A DNA stretch of 64,000 nucleotides from Longimicrobiales bacterium (lineage in GTDB: Bacteria > Gemmatimonadota > Gemmatimonadetes > Longimicrobiales > Gaopeijiaceae). This document shows positions 1 through 9,665 of this stretch, piece after piece. Within the stretch, counting starts at the first letter, position 1; each line of letters opens with the position of its first letter. The DNA lies in assembly GCA_965249725.1 (NCBI GenBank), contig OZ252251.1:640001-704000 (forward strand), given 5' to 3'. The notes below the pieces were generated by a model. The model was given only the letters and a program-made list of their open reading frames with translations. It was not told the DNA's origin and did no database searches. Position numbers and translations under genes: made by a program.

Positions 1-1020
1 ATGAAGATCTACTCGGGCTGGCTGTCCGATAAGCTGGGACGTCGGAAGGGACTCACGGTGGGCGGATACGGCCTGGCTGCGTTGGCCATGCCGTTGCTGC
101 TGATCGCCCGTACCTGGCCGTTGGTGTTTCTCTACCGGTTCCTGGACCGGATGGGGAAGGGGATTCGAACGGCCCCTCGTGACGCTCTGATCGCCGACTC
201 GGTGGGGGCAAAGCAACGGGGGGCGAGCTTCGGTCTCCACCGTGCAGCCGACAGTGCGGGCGCATTCTTGGGGCTGCTCGTGGCGATGGCTCTGGTCTGG
301 GGCATCCAAGGGGGGAACGTGGCTCTGGATCGCGACACGTTCCGGGCAGTCGTGGGATGGTCCTTGGTGCCTGCCGTCCTAGCCGTGCTGGTCGTGGCCG
401 GGGGTGTCAAGGAGGTCGTCACGGCCCGGCCGGCGGTGCTCCCCCGGGTCAGCTTCCGTGGAGTCGACCCCCGCTTCAAGCGGTTCCTCGTCGTGATGAC
501 CCTATTCACTCTGGGGAACAGCACGGACGCTTTCCTCATTCTGCGGGCGCAAGACGGAGGCGCGTCGGTGTTGGCGATTCTGGGACTCCTCGCCGGCTTC
601 AACCTGGTCTACACGGTTCTCGCGGGCCCGGCAGGGGCGCTCTCCGATCGGATGGACCGACGCAAGGTCATCGTTGGCGGATGGCTCCTCTATGCCCTGG
701 TGTACCTGGGCTTCGCGGTCGCGGACCGGACCTGGCATTTCGGTGTGCTGTACGCCCTGTACGGCGCGTACTACGCGTTCACAGAAGGGGTGGCCAAAGC
801 CTACGTGGCCGATCTCGTCCCGGAGAGTGAGCGCAGAGGCTCCGCATATGGTGCCTACAACGGCGTCATCGGCCTCATCGCGCTGCCGGCCAGCGTTGTT
901 GCCGGGGTCCTGTGGCAGGGGCTGGGTCAGTGGTCCGGCTTCGGCCCGGCCGCTCCCTTCCTGTTCGGGAGCGGCCTGTCGTTGGTTGCCGCCGTGCTAC
1001 TGTGGCGTTGGGTGGAGTGA
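1..1020 (+). CDS. MFS transporter (5' part lies outside the window)
   Basis: MFS motif A-like GWLSDKLGRRK and GALSDRMDRRK, many hydrophobic helices, DRMGKGIRTAPRDALIADS signature. Confidence 0.9.
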   Translation: MKIYSGWLSDKLGRRKGLTVGGYGLAALAMPLLLIARTWPLVFLYRFLDRMGKGIRTAPRDALIADSVGAKQRGASFGLHRAADSAGAFLGLLVAMALVWGIQGGNVALDRDTFRAVVGWSLVPAVLAVLVVAGGVKEVVTARPAVLPRVSFRGVDPRFKRFLVVMTLFTLGNSTDAFLILRAQDGGASVLAILGLLAGFNLVYTVLAGPAGALSDRMDRRKVIVGGWLLYALVYLGFAVADRTWHFGVLYALYGAYYAFTEGVAKAYVADLVPESERRGSAYGAYNGVIGLIALPASVVAGVLWQGLGQWSGFGPAAPFLFGSGLSLVAAVLLWRWVE

Positions 1021-1026
1021 GATCCG

Positions 1027-4000
1027 CTACTCCAGGTCGTTGATCACGGGCGACAGATTCCGGTCTCCGAGCATCTGGTTGAACTCCGCCACGTCCGCAT
1101 CGAGGAGCCGTTCCATCTCGGCGCGGTAACGAGCCAGCTCCTCTTTCAGTAGCCCCTGCACCTCACGGGCCTGATCGGTCGGCTCGAAGTCGCCACTGGT
1201 AATGGCTCCGGCCAAGTAACGGATTTCCTCCGCGAGCTTGGGTCCCCAACGCACACCATCCTGCCCCGTACCGGTCGTTTGAAGGCGAATCAGGTTGTCC
1301 TCGGCCGTGATGAGTTTGGCGTCCAGCTCGGCGGCCGCCTCTACCATGCCGGGTTCATCGCCCCGATCCTCGAGCAGGCTGCTCAGGTCATACAGTTGGC
1401 GACGCACCCACTCGACCCGGTTCACCAAGCCCGCAACGACTTCGTAGTCGTCCCGAAGCTCGGCGAACATGGCGAGCTGCTCTGCGATACTCGCCTCGGT
1501 GCCCTCGGAGCCGGGGGCCTTCAGAACATCGAATTCCTGCGACTGAGACTGACCGTTCGCCCTGAGGGTCACGGTGTACGTGCCCGGAGCTACCAACATC
1601 GAGAGCCGTTGTCCGCCAGACCGCCAACCCGCATCAGGGATGTCCACCCAGTCGGCATAGGTGGGAGTCGTGCGGAGCTTGATCTGGGTCGACGCATCGT
1701 CCCTGAGATCCCACCAGATGCGGTTGATACCGGGCTGGGCGGGCCCCTCCAGGGTGCGAACGACTCGCCCCGAAGCGTCCGCGATCGTCAGCGTGGCGCC
1801 ATCCGCCGGCGCCGCATCAAGCCAATAGTTGAGGGATGCCCCGTACGACGGGTTGTCACCGGCCGTCAGGTCGTTCGGCATTCCTCGCGCCCGAGTCTGG
1901 CCCCGGAGCCGATAGGCGTCGCGGGGCTCGAAGAGGTGCGAGGAGGACGCCACCACGTCGGCGGTCAGTTGTTGCAGCGGGGTGATGTCGTCCAGAATCC
2001 AGAATCCCCGTCCATAAGTGCCGACCACCAGATCGTTAAAGTGCTCCTGCACCACGAGCCCGTACATGGGGCTCGCCGGCATGTTGGCCTGTAGCGTTTG
2101 CCACACCTCACCGTCGTTGAAGGAGACGTAGACAGCGTTCTCCGTGCCGAGGTAAAGGAGTCCGGGGCGCACCGGGTCTTCGTGGATGCTCCGGGCATAG
2201 CTCAGCGGGCTGTCCGCGATTCCGTCTACGATCTTCGTCCAGCTTTGTCCGAAGTTGTCCGTCTTGTAGACGTGCGGTTCGAAGTTGCCCTGCTGATGGT
2301 GCTCGATGGCGATGTACGCCTTGCCCGCCTCATACCTCGACGCATCGATGCTTCGCACGACCCCGTCCGTCGGCAGGTCGGGGAGGTTGCCCGTGACGTT
2401 CGTCCAGTTCTCACCGCCGTCCCTGCTCACGTAGACGAGGCCGTCGTTCGATCCGCTCCAGTACACGCCGGGCTGAACGGGCGATTCGTCGAAGGCATAG
2501 ATCACGCAGCAGAACTCCACCCCTATGTTGTCCGGAGTGAGCCCACCCGAGATTCCCTGCTTCGACATGTCGTTTGTCGTGAGGTCGGGGCTGATCACAT
2601 CCCAGCTTTGCCCGCCGTTGGTTGTGCGGTGCACGTGCTGGCTGGTGACCAAGACGGTGTTTCTGTCGTGGGGCGAGATGAGCAGCGGGAAAGTCCACTG
2701 GAACCGGTACCGAACCCCACTCGCCGAGTGTCCACTGGCCAGCTCCGGCCAGACCTCGACGTCGCGGAACTGTTTGGTCCTGGCGTTCCAGCGGACGACG
2801 ATGCCGCCCCGTGCCCCCGCGCCCGAGGCGCTCGACCACACGATGTCGGGATCCTGAGGATCGGGAGTGGCGAATCCGCTCTCTCCGCCGCCCACCGTGG
2901 TCCACTCCGACCGTTGGATGCTGCCGGCCCCTGGGCTGTTGCTCGGGCCACGGAACGAAGGGCCGTCCTGTCGGTTGCCCATCACGTTGTACGGAACAGC
3001 ATTGTCGACGGTCACGTGGTACATCTGAGCGATCGGAAGCTGTACCCGATGCCAGGTGTCTCCACGCGTCATCGAGACCGCCATCCCTCCATCGTTGCCG
3101 ATGATCATGCGATCCCCGTTTTCGGGATCGATCCACATGTCGTGGTAGTCGCCTCCGGGGCGCCTTCGGCCCTGCTCGTTGACGTAGGTGTGGCCCCCGT
3201 CCAGGGTCCGGGCCAAGCCCGAGGTGAGGAAGTAGGCCTCGTCCGGATCCTCCGTGTTTACGAAGCAGTTGTTGTAGTAGGCGGTGCGCCCTCCGAGATC
3301 GCGGCTCTGGTTCACCAGTTGCCATGTGGAGCCGCCGTCGTCCGACCGCCAGAGCTCCCCGCTCTCCGTCTCGGCTCCGTGCCAGGGCACGCCGTCACCG
3401 GTTTCGATCAGCGCGTAGACGCGATCCGGATCGGCCGGTGTGAGGCAGACGTCGGTCTTCCCCACGGGCATGGTGGGCAAGCCGTTGCCCTCCAGCTTGT
3501 TCCATGTGTCTCCGCCGTCCTTCGACAGGTAGATGCCGCTGCCCTCTCCACCGCTCTCCCGTCCCCACGTATTGGCTGCTACCGTCCACATTCCAGCGAA
3601 GAGCTTGCGAGGGTTGGTGGGGTCCATCTCGACGCTGGACGCGCCGGTGTTTTCGTTCGCGAAGAGTACATGCTCCCAGCTCTCCCCACCGTCCTCGGTC
3701 CGGAAGACACCCCGCGCCTGCTGGGGGCCGTGGGCATGCCCGAGTGCACCCACATAGACGATATCGGGATTGGTAGGATGGATGACGATCCGGGAGGTAC
3801 GTGTTGGCCCGTCATCACCGAGTCCCATGTGTCGCCAGGTATCGCCTCCGTCGGTGGACTTGTAGGCGCCCGTGCCGAGTGAGACGTTCGATCGGATGTG
3901 CGGTTCGCCGGTCCCTGCCCAGACGATCTCGGGGTCTGAAGGTGCCACTGCGAGCGCTCCGACGGCGTGGTCGGGCTGGCCCTCGAAGACGGGAGCCCAG

Positions 4001-4254
4001 TACTCGCCGCCATCCTCAGACTTCCAGATGCCACCGGATGCGGCACCCACGTAGTAGGTCAGAGGGTCGCCGGACACGCCCGCGACCGCGGCGATCCGAT
4101 TTCCCACGGGTCCGATGTGCCGATACGTGAGGCCATCGTAGAGACCGGGGGAGATATTCTGTGTCAGGCTCTCTCGGGGCGTGGTCGTCAGGACGGCGAG
4201 GACTCCGAGGAGCAGGATGGGAAGGCGGGGAGTTCCGGGTACACGCGTCGACAT
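1027..4254 (-). CDS. Secreted VPS10/sortilin-like BNR (Asp-box) repeat protein, glycosyl hydrolase-like
   Basis: Signal peptide, repeated SxDGGxTW Asp-boxes, C-terminal coiled coil; RBS AGGAG upstream. Confidence 0.85.
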   Translation of the reverse strand: MSTRVPGTPRLPILLLGVLAVLTTTPRESLTQNISPGLYDGLTYRHIGPVGNRIAAVAGVSGDPLTYYVGAASGGIWKSEDGGEYWAPVFEGQPDHAVGALAVAPSDPEIVWAGTGEPHIRSNVSLGTGAYKSTDGGDTWRHMGLGDDGPTRTSRIVIHPTNPDIVYVGALGHAHGPQQARGVFRTEDGGESWEHVLFANENTGASSVEMDPTNPRKLFAGMWTVAANTWGRESGGEGSGIYLSKDGGDTWNKLEGNGLPTMPVGKTDVCLTPADPDRVYALIETGDGVPWHGAETESGELWRSDDGGSTWQLVNQSRDLGGRTAYYNNCFVNTEDPDEAYFLTSGLARTLDGGHTYVNEQGRRRPGGDYHDMWIDPENGDRMIIGNDGGMAVSMTRGDTWHRVQLPIAQMYHVTVDNAVPYNVMGNRQDGPSFRGPSNSPGAGSIQRSEWTTVGGGESGFATPDPQDPDIVWSSASGAGARGGIVVRWNARTKQFRDVEVWPELASGHSASGVRYRFQWTFPLLISPHDRNTVLVTSQHVHRTTNGGQSWDVISPDLTTNDMSKQGISGGLTPDNIGVEFCCVIYAFDESPVQPGVYWSGSNDGLVYVSRDGGENWTNVTGNLPDLPTDGVVRSIDASRYEAGKAYIAIEHHQQGNFEPHVYKTDNFGQSWTKIVDGIADSPLSYARSIHEDPVRPGLLYLGTENAVYVSFNDGEVWQTLQANMPASPMYGLVVQEHFNDLVVGTYGRGFWILDDITPLQQLTADVVASSSHLFEPRDAYRLRGQTRARGMPNDLTAGDNPSYGASLNYWLDAAPADGATLTIADASGRVVRTLEGPAQPGINRIWWDLRDDASTQIKLRTTPTYADWVDIPDAGWRSGGQRLSMLVAPGTYTVTLRANGQSQSQEFDVLKAPGSEGTEASIAEQLAMFAELRDDYEVVAGLVNRVEWVRRQLYDLSSLLEDRGDEPGMVEAAAELDAKLITAEDNLIRLQTTGTGQDGVRWGPKLAEEIRYLAGAITSGDFEPTDQAREVQGLLKEELARYRAEMERLLDADVAEFNQMLGDRNLSPVINDLE

Positions 4255-4346
4255 GGGTGTCTCCTGATCGTAGAGGGGACGCCTTCAAGAAATACTGTGG
4301 CGGGGAGCCGAACGGCAAGCTCGGGAAGGGTGGTGAAGAGGAGGCC

Positions 4347-4793
4347 TTATGAGCCATTCAAGCGGTTACGCTCCTGCAAGAGTGTACGAATCACTAGAGC
4401 GTCCCGCACCGCGCGCTCGAGGAAGTCCACGTCGAGTGGTTTGACCAGGTACGTACGGGCCCCCATGTCGATGCACTTCATCGCCAACTCGGGCTCGGAA
4501 TGCCCCGTCAGCATGATGACGGCCAGGTCAGGCTGTCGGCCCAAGGCCCATGCGAGAAACTCGACCCCATTCATTCTGGGCAGATCGATATCGAGCAGAA
4601 CCAAGTCGAACTCGGAGGAACTCATCCACGAGTCGGCCTCTTCGGCCGAGGCCGCGGTCTTCACGGAATAGCCGAGCTCTTCGACCACCGAGCGGGTCAG
4701 CCGTCGGACATCGGGATCGTCTTCGACGATCAGGATTTCGGCGGACTTGTCGGCAGCCGCGAGTAGGTCGGCCCACCCCATACCGAAAGTCAT
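4347..4793 (-). CDS. Single-domain response regulator (REC)
   Basis: ILIVEDD, LLDIDLPRMNG, MLTG, YLVKP motifs. Confidence 0.9.
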   Translation of the reverse strand: MTFGMGWADLLAAADKSAEILIVEDDPDVRRLTRSVVEELGYSVKTAASAEEADSWMSSSEFDLVLLDIDLPRMNGVEFLAWALGRQPDLAVIMLTGHSEPELAMKCIDMGARTYLVKPLDVDFLERAVRDALVIRTLLQERNRLNGS

Positions 4794-4805
4794 TCTCGCT
4801 TCCCC

Positions 4806-5156
4806 TCACCGATTGTTGGCACGCTCGAGGCCCTCCATTTTCCAGAGCTCATTGAGAATGCGATCCGTTTGCTGATCCAGGTCCCCTTCCTGCCTGTTCG
4901 AGTTCTCTTCCTGGGCAAGCTCTTCTGCGCTTTGCTTGCTCTGAATGCCGTAGTAGGCTCCGGCGCTCGCGGCAGCCAGGAGCGAGATCACCAGGCCGAT
5001 CATCAGGCGCTTCTGACGACGTTCCTTCCGGAAGCTCGCGCCCTGCTCGACCCTGCGGTCTTCGACGGACTCGCCGTGCGCCAGCTCGGGGCCGGCTCCC
5101 TCCTGTTCGGCATGACGCGGCGGCCCGCCCGGATAACCCCCTGTGATTTCCGACAT
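4806..5156 (-). CDS. Hypothetical single-pass membrane protein
   Basis: Basic stretch followed by one TM helix (LMIGLVISLLAAASAGAYYGI); co-oriented with neighbours; start may be 5162. Confidence 0.6.
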   Translation of the reverse strand: MSEITGGYPGGPPRHAEQEGAGPELAHGESVEDRRVEQGASFRKERRQKRLMIGLVISLLAAASAGAYYGIQSKQSAEELAQEENSNRQEGDLDQQTDRILNELWKMEGLERANNR

Positions 5157-5164
5157 CTTCACCC

Positions 5165-5196
5165 CTTCTCATCGTGCTTCTCATCGTGCTTCTCAT
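5165..5196. repeat. 12-bp tandem repeat CTTCTCATCGTG x2.7
   Basis: Read directly from the sequence, just upstream of the 4806-5156 gene. Confidence 0.85.
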
Positions 5197-5249
5197 TCAG
5201 TACTCACCCAAACAGAGGAAACAGGCAACCCCACGGCGGTGGGGACCCG

Positions 5250-7778
5250 CTAAGCTCCGTCGTCCAGCACTGTTCGCACTGCAACGGCAAGAGACTCTGC
5301 CGTAAACGGCTTCTGGAGAAACGCGATGTCACCGGTCGAGAGCCTCTCTCTGAGTACCTCGTCATCCGTGTACCCCGACATGAACAGCACCTTGGTGTCG
5401 GGCCGCATCTCCTTGACCCGCTCAGCCACCTCTCGTCCCCCCATGTTGGGCATCACGACGTCGGTGAGGAGAAGGTGGACCGCCCCGTCGTACGCCTTCA
5501 GTTGCTCCAGGGCATGCGGCCCGTCTTCGGCGGACAGGACTGTATATCCATGCTCCTCGAGGAGCTGGACCGCAATCCGGCGCAGTCGGACATCATCCTC
5601 AGCCAGCAGCACGGTTTCAGTCCCAAGCGGAAGAGCGGACTCCACCGAAGCGGCCTGGGCTACCTCTTCGTCCACCACCGGGAGGAAGATCCTCATCGTC
5701 GTCCCGACCTCGAGCTCGGTATCCACCTCGATGTGCCCGTCCATCTTCTGAACGAGCCCGTAGGCAGTAGCCAATCCGAGCCCCGTGCCCTTGTGGCGAC
5801 CCTTGGTGGTGAAGAAGGGATCGAACATCCGCTCTCTGACCTCGTCGGTGATGCCCGTCCCCGTGTCCTCGACCTCGAGCACGGCGTAGGGCTGAGGGGT
5901 CAGCGCCGGATGGGTCGTCAGGAAGGCTTCGTCCGGCGACACCGCGACGGTCCGAATCGCGAGCTCGCCGCCCTTGGGCATCGCATCACGCGCGTTCACG
6001 ACGAGGTTGGTCAGGACCTGCTCCATCTGCCCTTTGTCGACTAACACGCTTCCTAGTCGAGACTGGGTGGCGATGGTCAGGCGAATGTCCTCGGCGATCA
6101 GACGGCTCAGCATGCTGCTGATGTCGGTCACCAGCGCATTGAGGTCCAAGACCACGGGCTTGACCACCTGATCCCTCGAGAACGCCAACAATTGTCTGGT
6201 CAAGCCCGCCGCGCGCTCACCCGCCGCCTTGATCACGGTGAGGCGATCACGCATCGGATCATCATCCTCGAGACGCTTCATCCCGAGCTGCGCCTCGCCG
6301 ATGATCACACTCAGGATGTTATTGAAGTCGTGAGCCACCCCACCCGCGAGCTGCCCCAAGGCCTCCAACCTCTGCGCCTGTCGGAGTTGCTCCTCGAGCG
6401 CGACCTGTTGCGTGATGTCCTGCACGAAGCCCTGGAAAACCGTGCCCCCATCGGGGCCCACTCCGACGGGAGATCCACTCACCCGCAGGGTGAGCTTTCG
6501 CCCGTCCTTCGACACCGCCTCGAACTCCGCGTCCTCGCCTCGTCCGATCTTCCCGAGTTGCTGGGTTCTTTCCTCGGGGTACGCGTATAACTCCGCGGCG
6601 GATCCGATGGACATGAGATCTTTCTCGGAGTCGTAACCCAACATCTCCACGAGTGCCGGGTTCACCATGAGGAACTCGCCTGCGACGTTCGACTTGTAGA
6701 TACCGTACATGGCCTTCTCGACCAGCTCCCGATACTCGCTTTCGGAGCGCCTCAGGCCGTCCTCGGCCGACTTGCGGTCGCTGATGTCGTGGTGGACGAC
6801 GACGACCCGCGCCGGCTCGGCCTCCTGGAAGCGGGTCACGTGGAGGGTGAACCACCGTTCCTGGCCAGCGGGACCACAAGCGTACTCCAAGTGGAACTGG
6901 CTCTGTTCCCCGACGGCCACCCTTCGGCACGCCTCCGCCGCCTGGACGGCCGTGTCGCGGTCTGCCCCCGTCGCCTCCTCGCATACATCGAGGTAGGCCG
7001 AGCCGACTCCCGCGGTCGGATCTTCATATCCGTTCGCGCGCGCGAACGTGCGCCATGCCTTGTTGACGCTCAGCAGGACACCGTTCTCGTCGAGAACTGC
7101 GATGAGCCCCGAGAGCGCGTCCATCGCCGACTGCAGGAAGCGTCGGGACTCCTGGGCGGCCTGTTCGGCCAGGATGGTCTTCTGCAGCAGCTCCCGGGAG
7201 TAGAGAATGTCCTCGAAGGTCGCGACCAGGTAGTCGAGAACGTGCTCGGGCGAGGCGGTCAGGGTGTAGGTCGTTCCCCTGAACGACGTTTCCACCTGTC
7301 TCGGGCGACGGCGCTCTTGTCGTGGCTCCCGGTCCCCGTGCGAGTCTCGCCCCGACAGCGCGCTCTCGATCCGGGAGAGGAGCTGCTCTTCCTCGAAGGG
7401 CTTTACCAAGAGGTGCTTGGCCCCGGCTTCGAGTCCGCGGATGATGTTGCTCGGATCGTCGAGCGATGTGAGGAGGATCACCGGTACTTCGACCCCACGG
7501 GCCTCTCGAATCTTCCCACATACCTGGTAGCCCGTCATGTCGGGCAGGACCACGTCGAGGAGTGCCAGGTCGCAGGGCTCAGCCGTCCATCTCTGCAGCG
7601 CCTCTTCCCCCGTGCCACAGGTCTCCACGTGGTATCCGTGCCGTTCCAAGATGGACTTCAATCGTGTGGCCTGCGTGGGACTGTCCTGCACCGCCAGAAT
7701 TCGGCCCTTGCCTCCCGCCGGGTCGTTCGGCACGGGTTCACTCATGGCCCGTCGGGGCACGGCCGGTGTCGCTCGCAT
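5250..7778 (-). CDS. Hybrid sensor histidine kinase (REC-PAS-PAS-HisKA-HATPase-REC)
   Basis: H-box GGVAHDFNNIL, N-box NLVVNARDAM, G boxes DTGTG and GTGLGL, REC domains at both ends; start may be 7745. Confidence 0.93.
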   Translation of the reverse strand: MRATPAVPRRAMSEPVPNDPAGGKGRILAVQDSPTQATRLKSILERHGYHVETCGTGEEALQRWTAEPCDLALLDVVLPDMTGYQVCGKIREARGVEVPVILLTSLDDPSNIIRGLEAGAKHLLVKPFEEEQLLSRIESALSGRDSHGDREPRQERRRPRQVETSFRGTTYTLTASPEHVLDYLVATFEDILYSRELLQKTILAEQAAQESRRFLQSAMDALSGLIAVLDENGVLLSVNKAWRTFARANGYEDPTAGVGSAYLDVCEEATGADRDTAVQAAEACRRVAVGEQSQFHLEYACGPAGQERWFTLHVTRFQEAEPARVVVVHHDISDRKSAEDGLRRSESEYRELVEKAMYGIYKSNVAGEFLMVNPALVEMLGYDSEKDLMSIGSAAELYAYPEERTQQLGKIGRGEDAEFEAVSKDGRKLTLRVSGSPVGVGPDGGTVFQGFVQDITQQVALEEQLRQAQRLEALGQLAGGVAHDFNNILSVIIGEAQLGMKRLEDDDPMRDRLTVIKAAGERAAGLTRQLLAFSRDQVVKPVVLDLNALVTDISSMLSRLIAEDIRLTIATQSRLGSVLVDKGQMEQVLTNLVVNARDAMPKGGELAIRTVAVSPDEAFLTTHPALTPQPYAVLEVEDTGTGITDEVRERMFDPFFTTKGRHKGTGLGLATAYGLVQKMDGHIEVDTELEVGTTMRIFLPVVDEEVAQAASVESALPLGTETVLLAEDDVRLRRIAVQLLEEHGYTVLSAEDGPHALEQLKAYDGAVHLLLTDVVMPNMGGREVAERVKEMRPDTKVLFMSGYTDDEVLRERLSTGDIAFLQKPFTAESLAVAVRTVLDDGA

Positions 7779-7796
7779 GAGGCGGGCACCCCACGG

Positions 7797-8759
7797 CTAT
7801 GCGATGCTCCTTAGTCCGTTAGGGGCGTAGCGTCTGAATTCCTCGAAGACGTCCCCATCCCACCATCCTCGCTTTACCTCCTCATCCAACTCCTTCAAGG
7901 CCACGTCGACGGGCAGGGCCGGCTTGTACGGACGCTGCGTCGTGAGAGCGTCGAAGACATCGACGACCTGCAGGATCCGGGCGGTCAAAGGAATCTGCTC
8001 TCCTTTGAGTCCGTCGGGGTAGCCCGATCCGTCCATTCTCTCATGGTGATGACGGATGATGGGCCTGATCAGGCTGAACGACTTGAGTGACTTGCAGATC
8101 TGCTCCCCGGCTGCCGGGTGCCGTTGAACCACCTTGCGCTCTTCGGCAGTGAGGCGGCCCGCCTTCAGGAGAATGGTGTCCGGGACAGCGATCTTTCCGA
8201 GGTCGTGCACGATTCCGGCCTGTCGGAGGGCGTTCACTTCCTCTTCCGGAAGACCAAGCCTCTGCCCCAGAGCACTTGCATACTCAGATAGCCTCTCGCA
8301 GTGACCTTCCGTGTAGTGATCCCTTTGCTCAATGGTGCGAGCCATGGTGAACAGCACGGCCTCGGCGCGCTCGAGTTCGTCGGTGTACTCCTTGACTCTG
8401 ATCAACGATCTCACGCGGGCGAGCAGTTCCACCTCGTCGATGGGCTTCGATAGGAAGTCGTCTGCACCTGCCTCGATTCCACTGACCTTGTCGCCACCGA
8501 CGCTCCCCGTAATGAGCACGACGGGAGTCAGGCGTGTCTCGGGATCCGCCTTGAGCTGGCGGCACAGCTCGAGTCCATCGAGCCGCGGCATCTTCACATC
8601 GGAAAGGACCAGGTCGGGCGACACGTCCCTAAAGGTCGCCAGGCCGTCCACGCCGTCCACGGCCGTGATGGTCTCGATGCCGTTCTCTCGTAGGAGTGAC
8701 GCCAAGATCCGACGAATGTCCGGATCGTCATCGACAACGAGTACGAGTTTTGAGTTCAC
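7797..8759 (-). CDS. Response regulator with HD-GYP cyclic di-GMP phosphodiesterase domain (RpfG-like)
   Basis: REC domain plus HDLGK, HHERMDGSGYP, VVDVFDALT, RPYK. Confidence 0.93.
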   Translation of the reverse strand: MNSKLVLVVDDDPDIRRILASLLRENGIETITAVDGVDGLATFRDVSPDLVLSDVKMPRLDGLELCRQLKADPETRLTPVVLITGSVGGDKVSGIEAGADDFLSKPIDEVELLARVRSLIRVKEYTDELERAEAVLFTMARTIEQRDHYTEGHCERLSEYASALGQRLGLPEEEVNALRQAGIVHDLGKIAVPDTILLKAGRLTAEERKVVQRHPAAGEQICKSLKSFSLIRPIIRHHHERMDGSGYPDGLKGEQIPLTARILQVVDVFDALTTQRPYKPALPVDVALKELDEEVKRGWWDGDVFEEFRRYAPNGLRSIA

Positions 8760-8984
8760 GCCACGCCTTGCTCACACCGCCGACCGTTACGCGCAGGCGT
8801 CGCTCTTAGCGGGTGTCATTGAGGCACATTGGCACTATAGATGTAACGCAAGGGGGGATCAAAAAGTTACAGCCACCTTTATGCGAATGCCAAACATAAA
8901 TATTCGCAATCTGACAGACTCCGTGGACATGCCGTGATCAGCGGAGAATGGAGATGGGACGTGGAGGGAGATGCGGAGCCGATC

Positions 8985-9536
8985 TCAAGAGATCAGCTTG
9001 ACCTCCGTCAGCGCATAGGACAGCGCCTCGACCGAGTGCTGCGTGACCAGTCTTGCCACCCCCCAGCAGTACTCCTCCGCCTCGGTCTTGAGGGGACTAT
9101 CGTCGGCTTCCAGGGCCCTCCTGAGCATACGCCCGGTCGTGGCCGTCACCTCCGCGACCGAGTCCGAGTCCTTGGCGGATCCACTCGCCGTACGCGTGAG
9201 GACGTCCCTCACACCATTTTCCCACTGTACGGCTATCGCTTCGGCCTCCCCATTTGACCGGGCGGACTCCTGGAGCACGTGCCAAAGGACGGTTTGGTAG
9301 CGCTCGTGGAGTTCCGAGGCGTCGACCGGAACGCCGTCCCTCGCGCGCGCCGCCAATGCGAAGTAGTGGGCGATCAGTGAGCGGACTCGCAGAAGGTCGG
9401 CCACCCTGACGCGTTGCTCGGCCGTAAGCAGATGGGCAGGGTCTACCTGCGCGATCGGAAAACCGCCGGCGAAGGTGGCCGCGATAGCGTTGTGAAGAAA
9501 ACGGTCGAGCTCGATCTTCCTCTTGAACAGTGCCAT
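8985..9536 (-). CDS. Hypothetical protein
   Basis: ORF with GAGG RBS before MALFKRK, plausible helical composition; family not recognised. Confidence 0.55.
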   Translation of the reverse strand: MALFKRKIELDRFLHNAIAATFAGGFPIAQVDPAHLLTAEQRVRVADLLRVRSLIAHYFALAARARDGVPVDASELHERYQTVLWHVLQESARSNGEAEAIAVQWENGVRDVLTRTASGSAKDSDSVAEVTATTGRMLRRALEADDSPLKTEAEEYCWGVARLVTQHSVEALSYALTEVKLIS

Positions 9537-9665
9537 CCGCGCCTCACGAGGGGATGCACTGGGAAGAGGCACCCCACTGTTTCAATATTTGACATGTTGA
9601 GCTTCCAGCGCAAACGGACGAATGTCCTACCGGTTGAAGGTCGGCCCACCACATCGGGAAGCGCA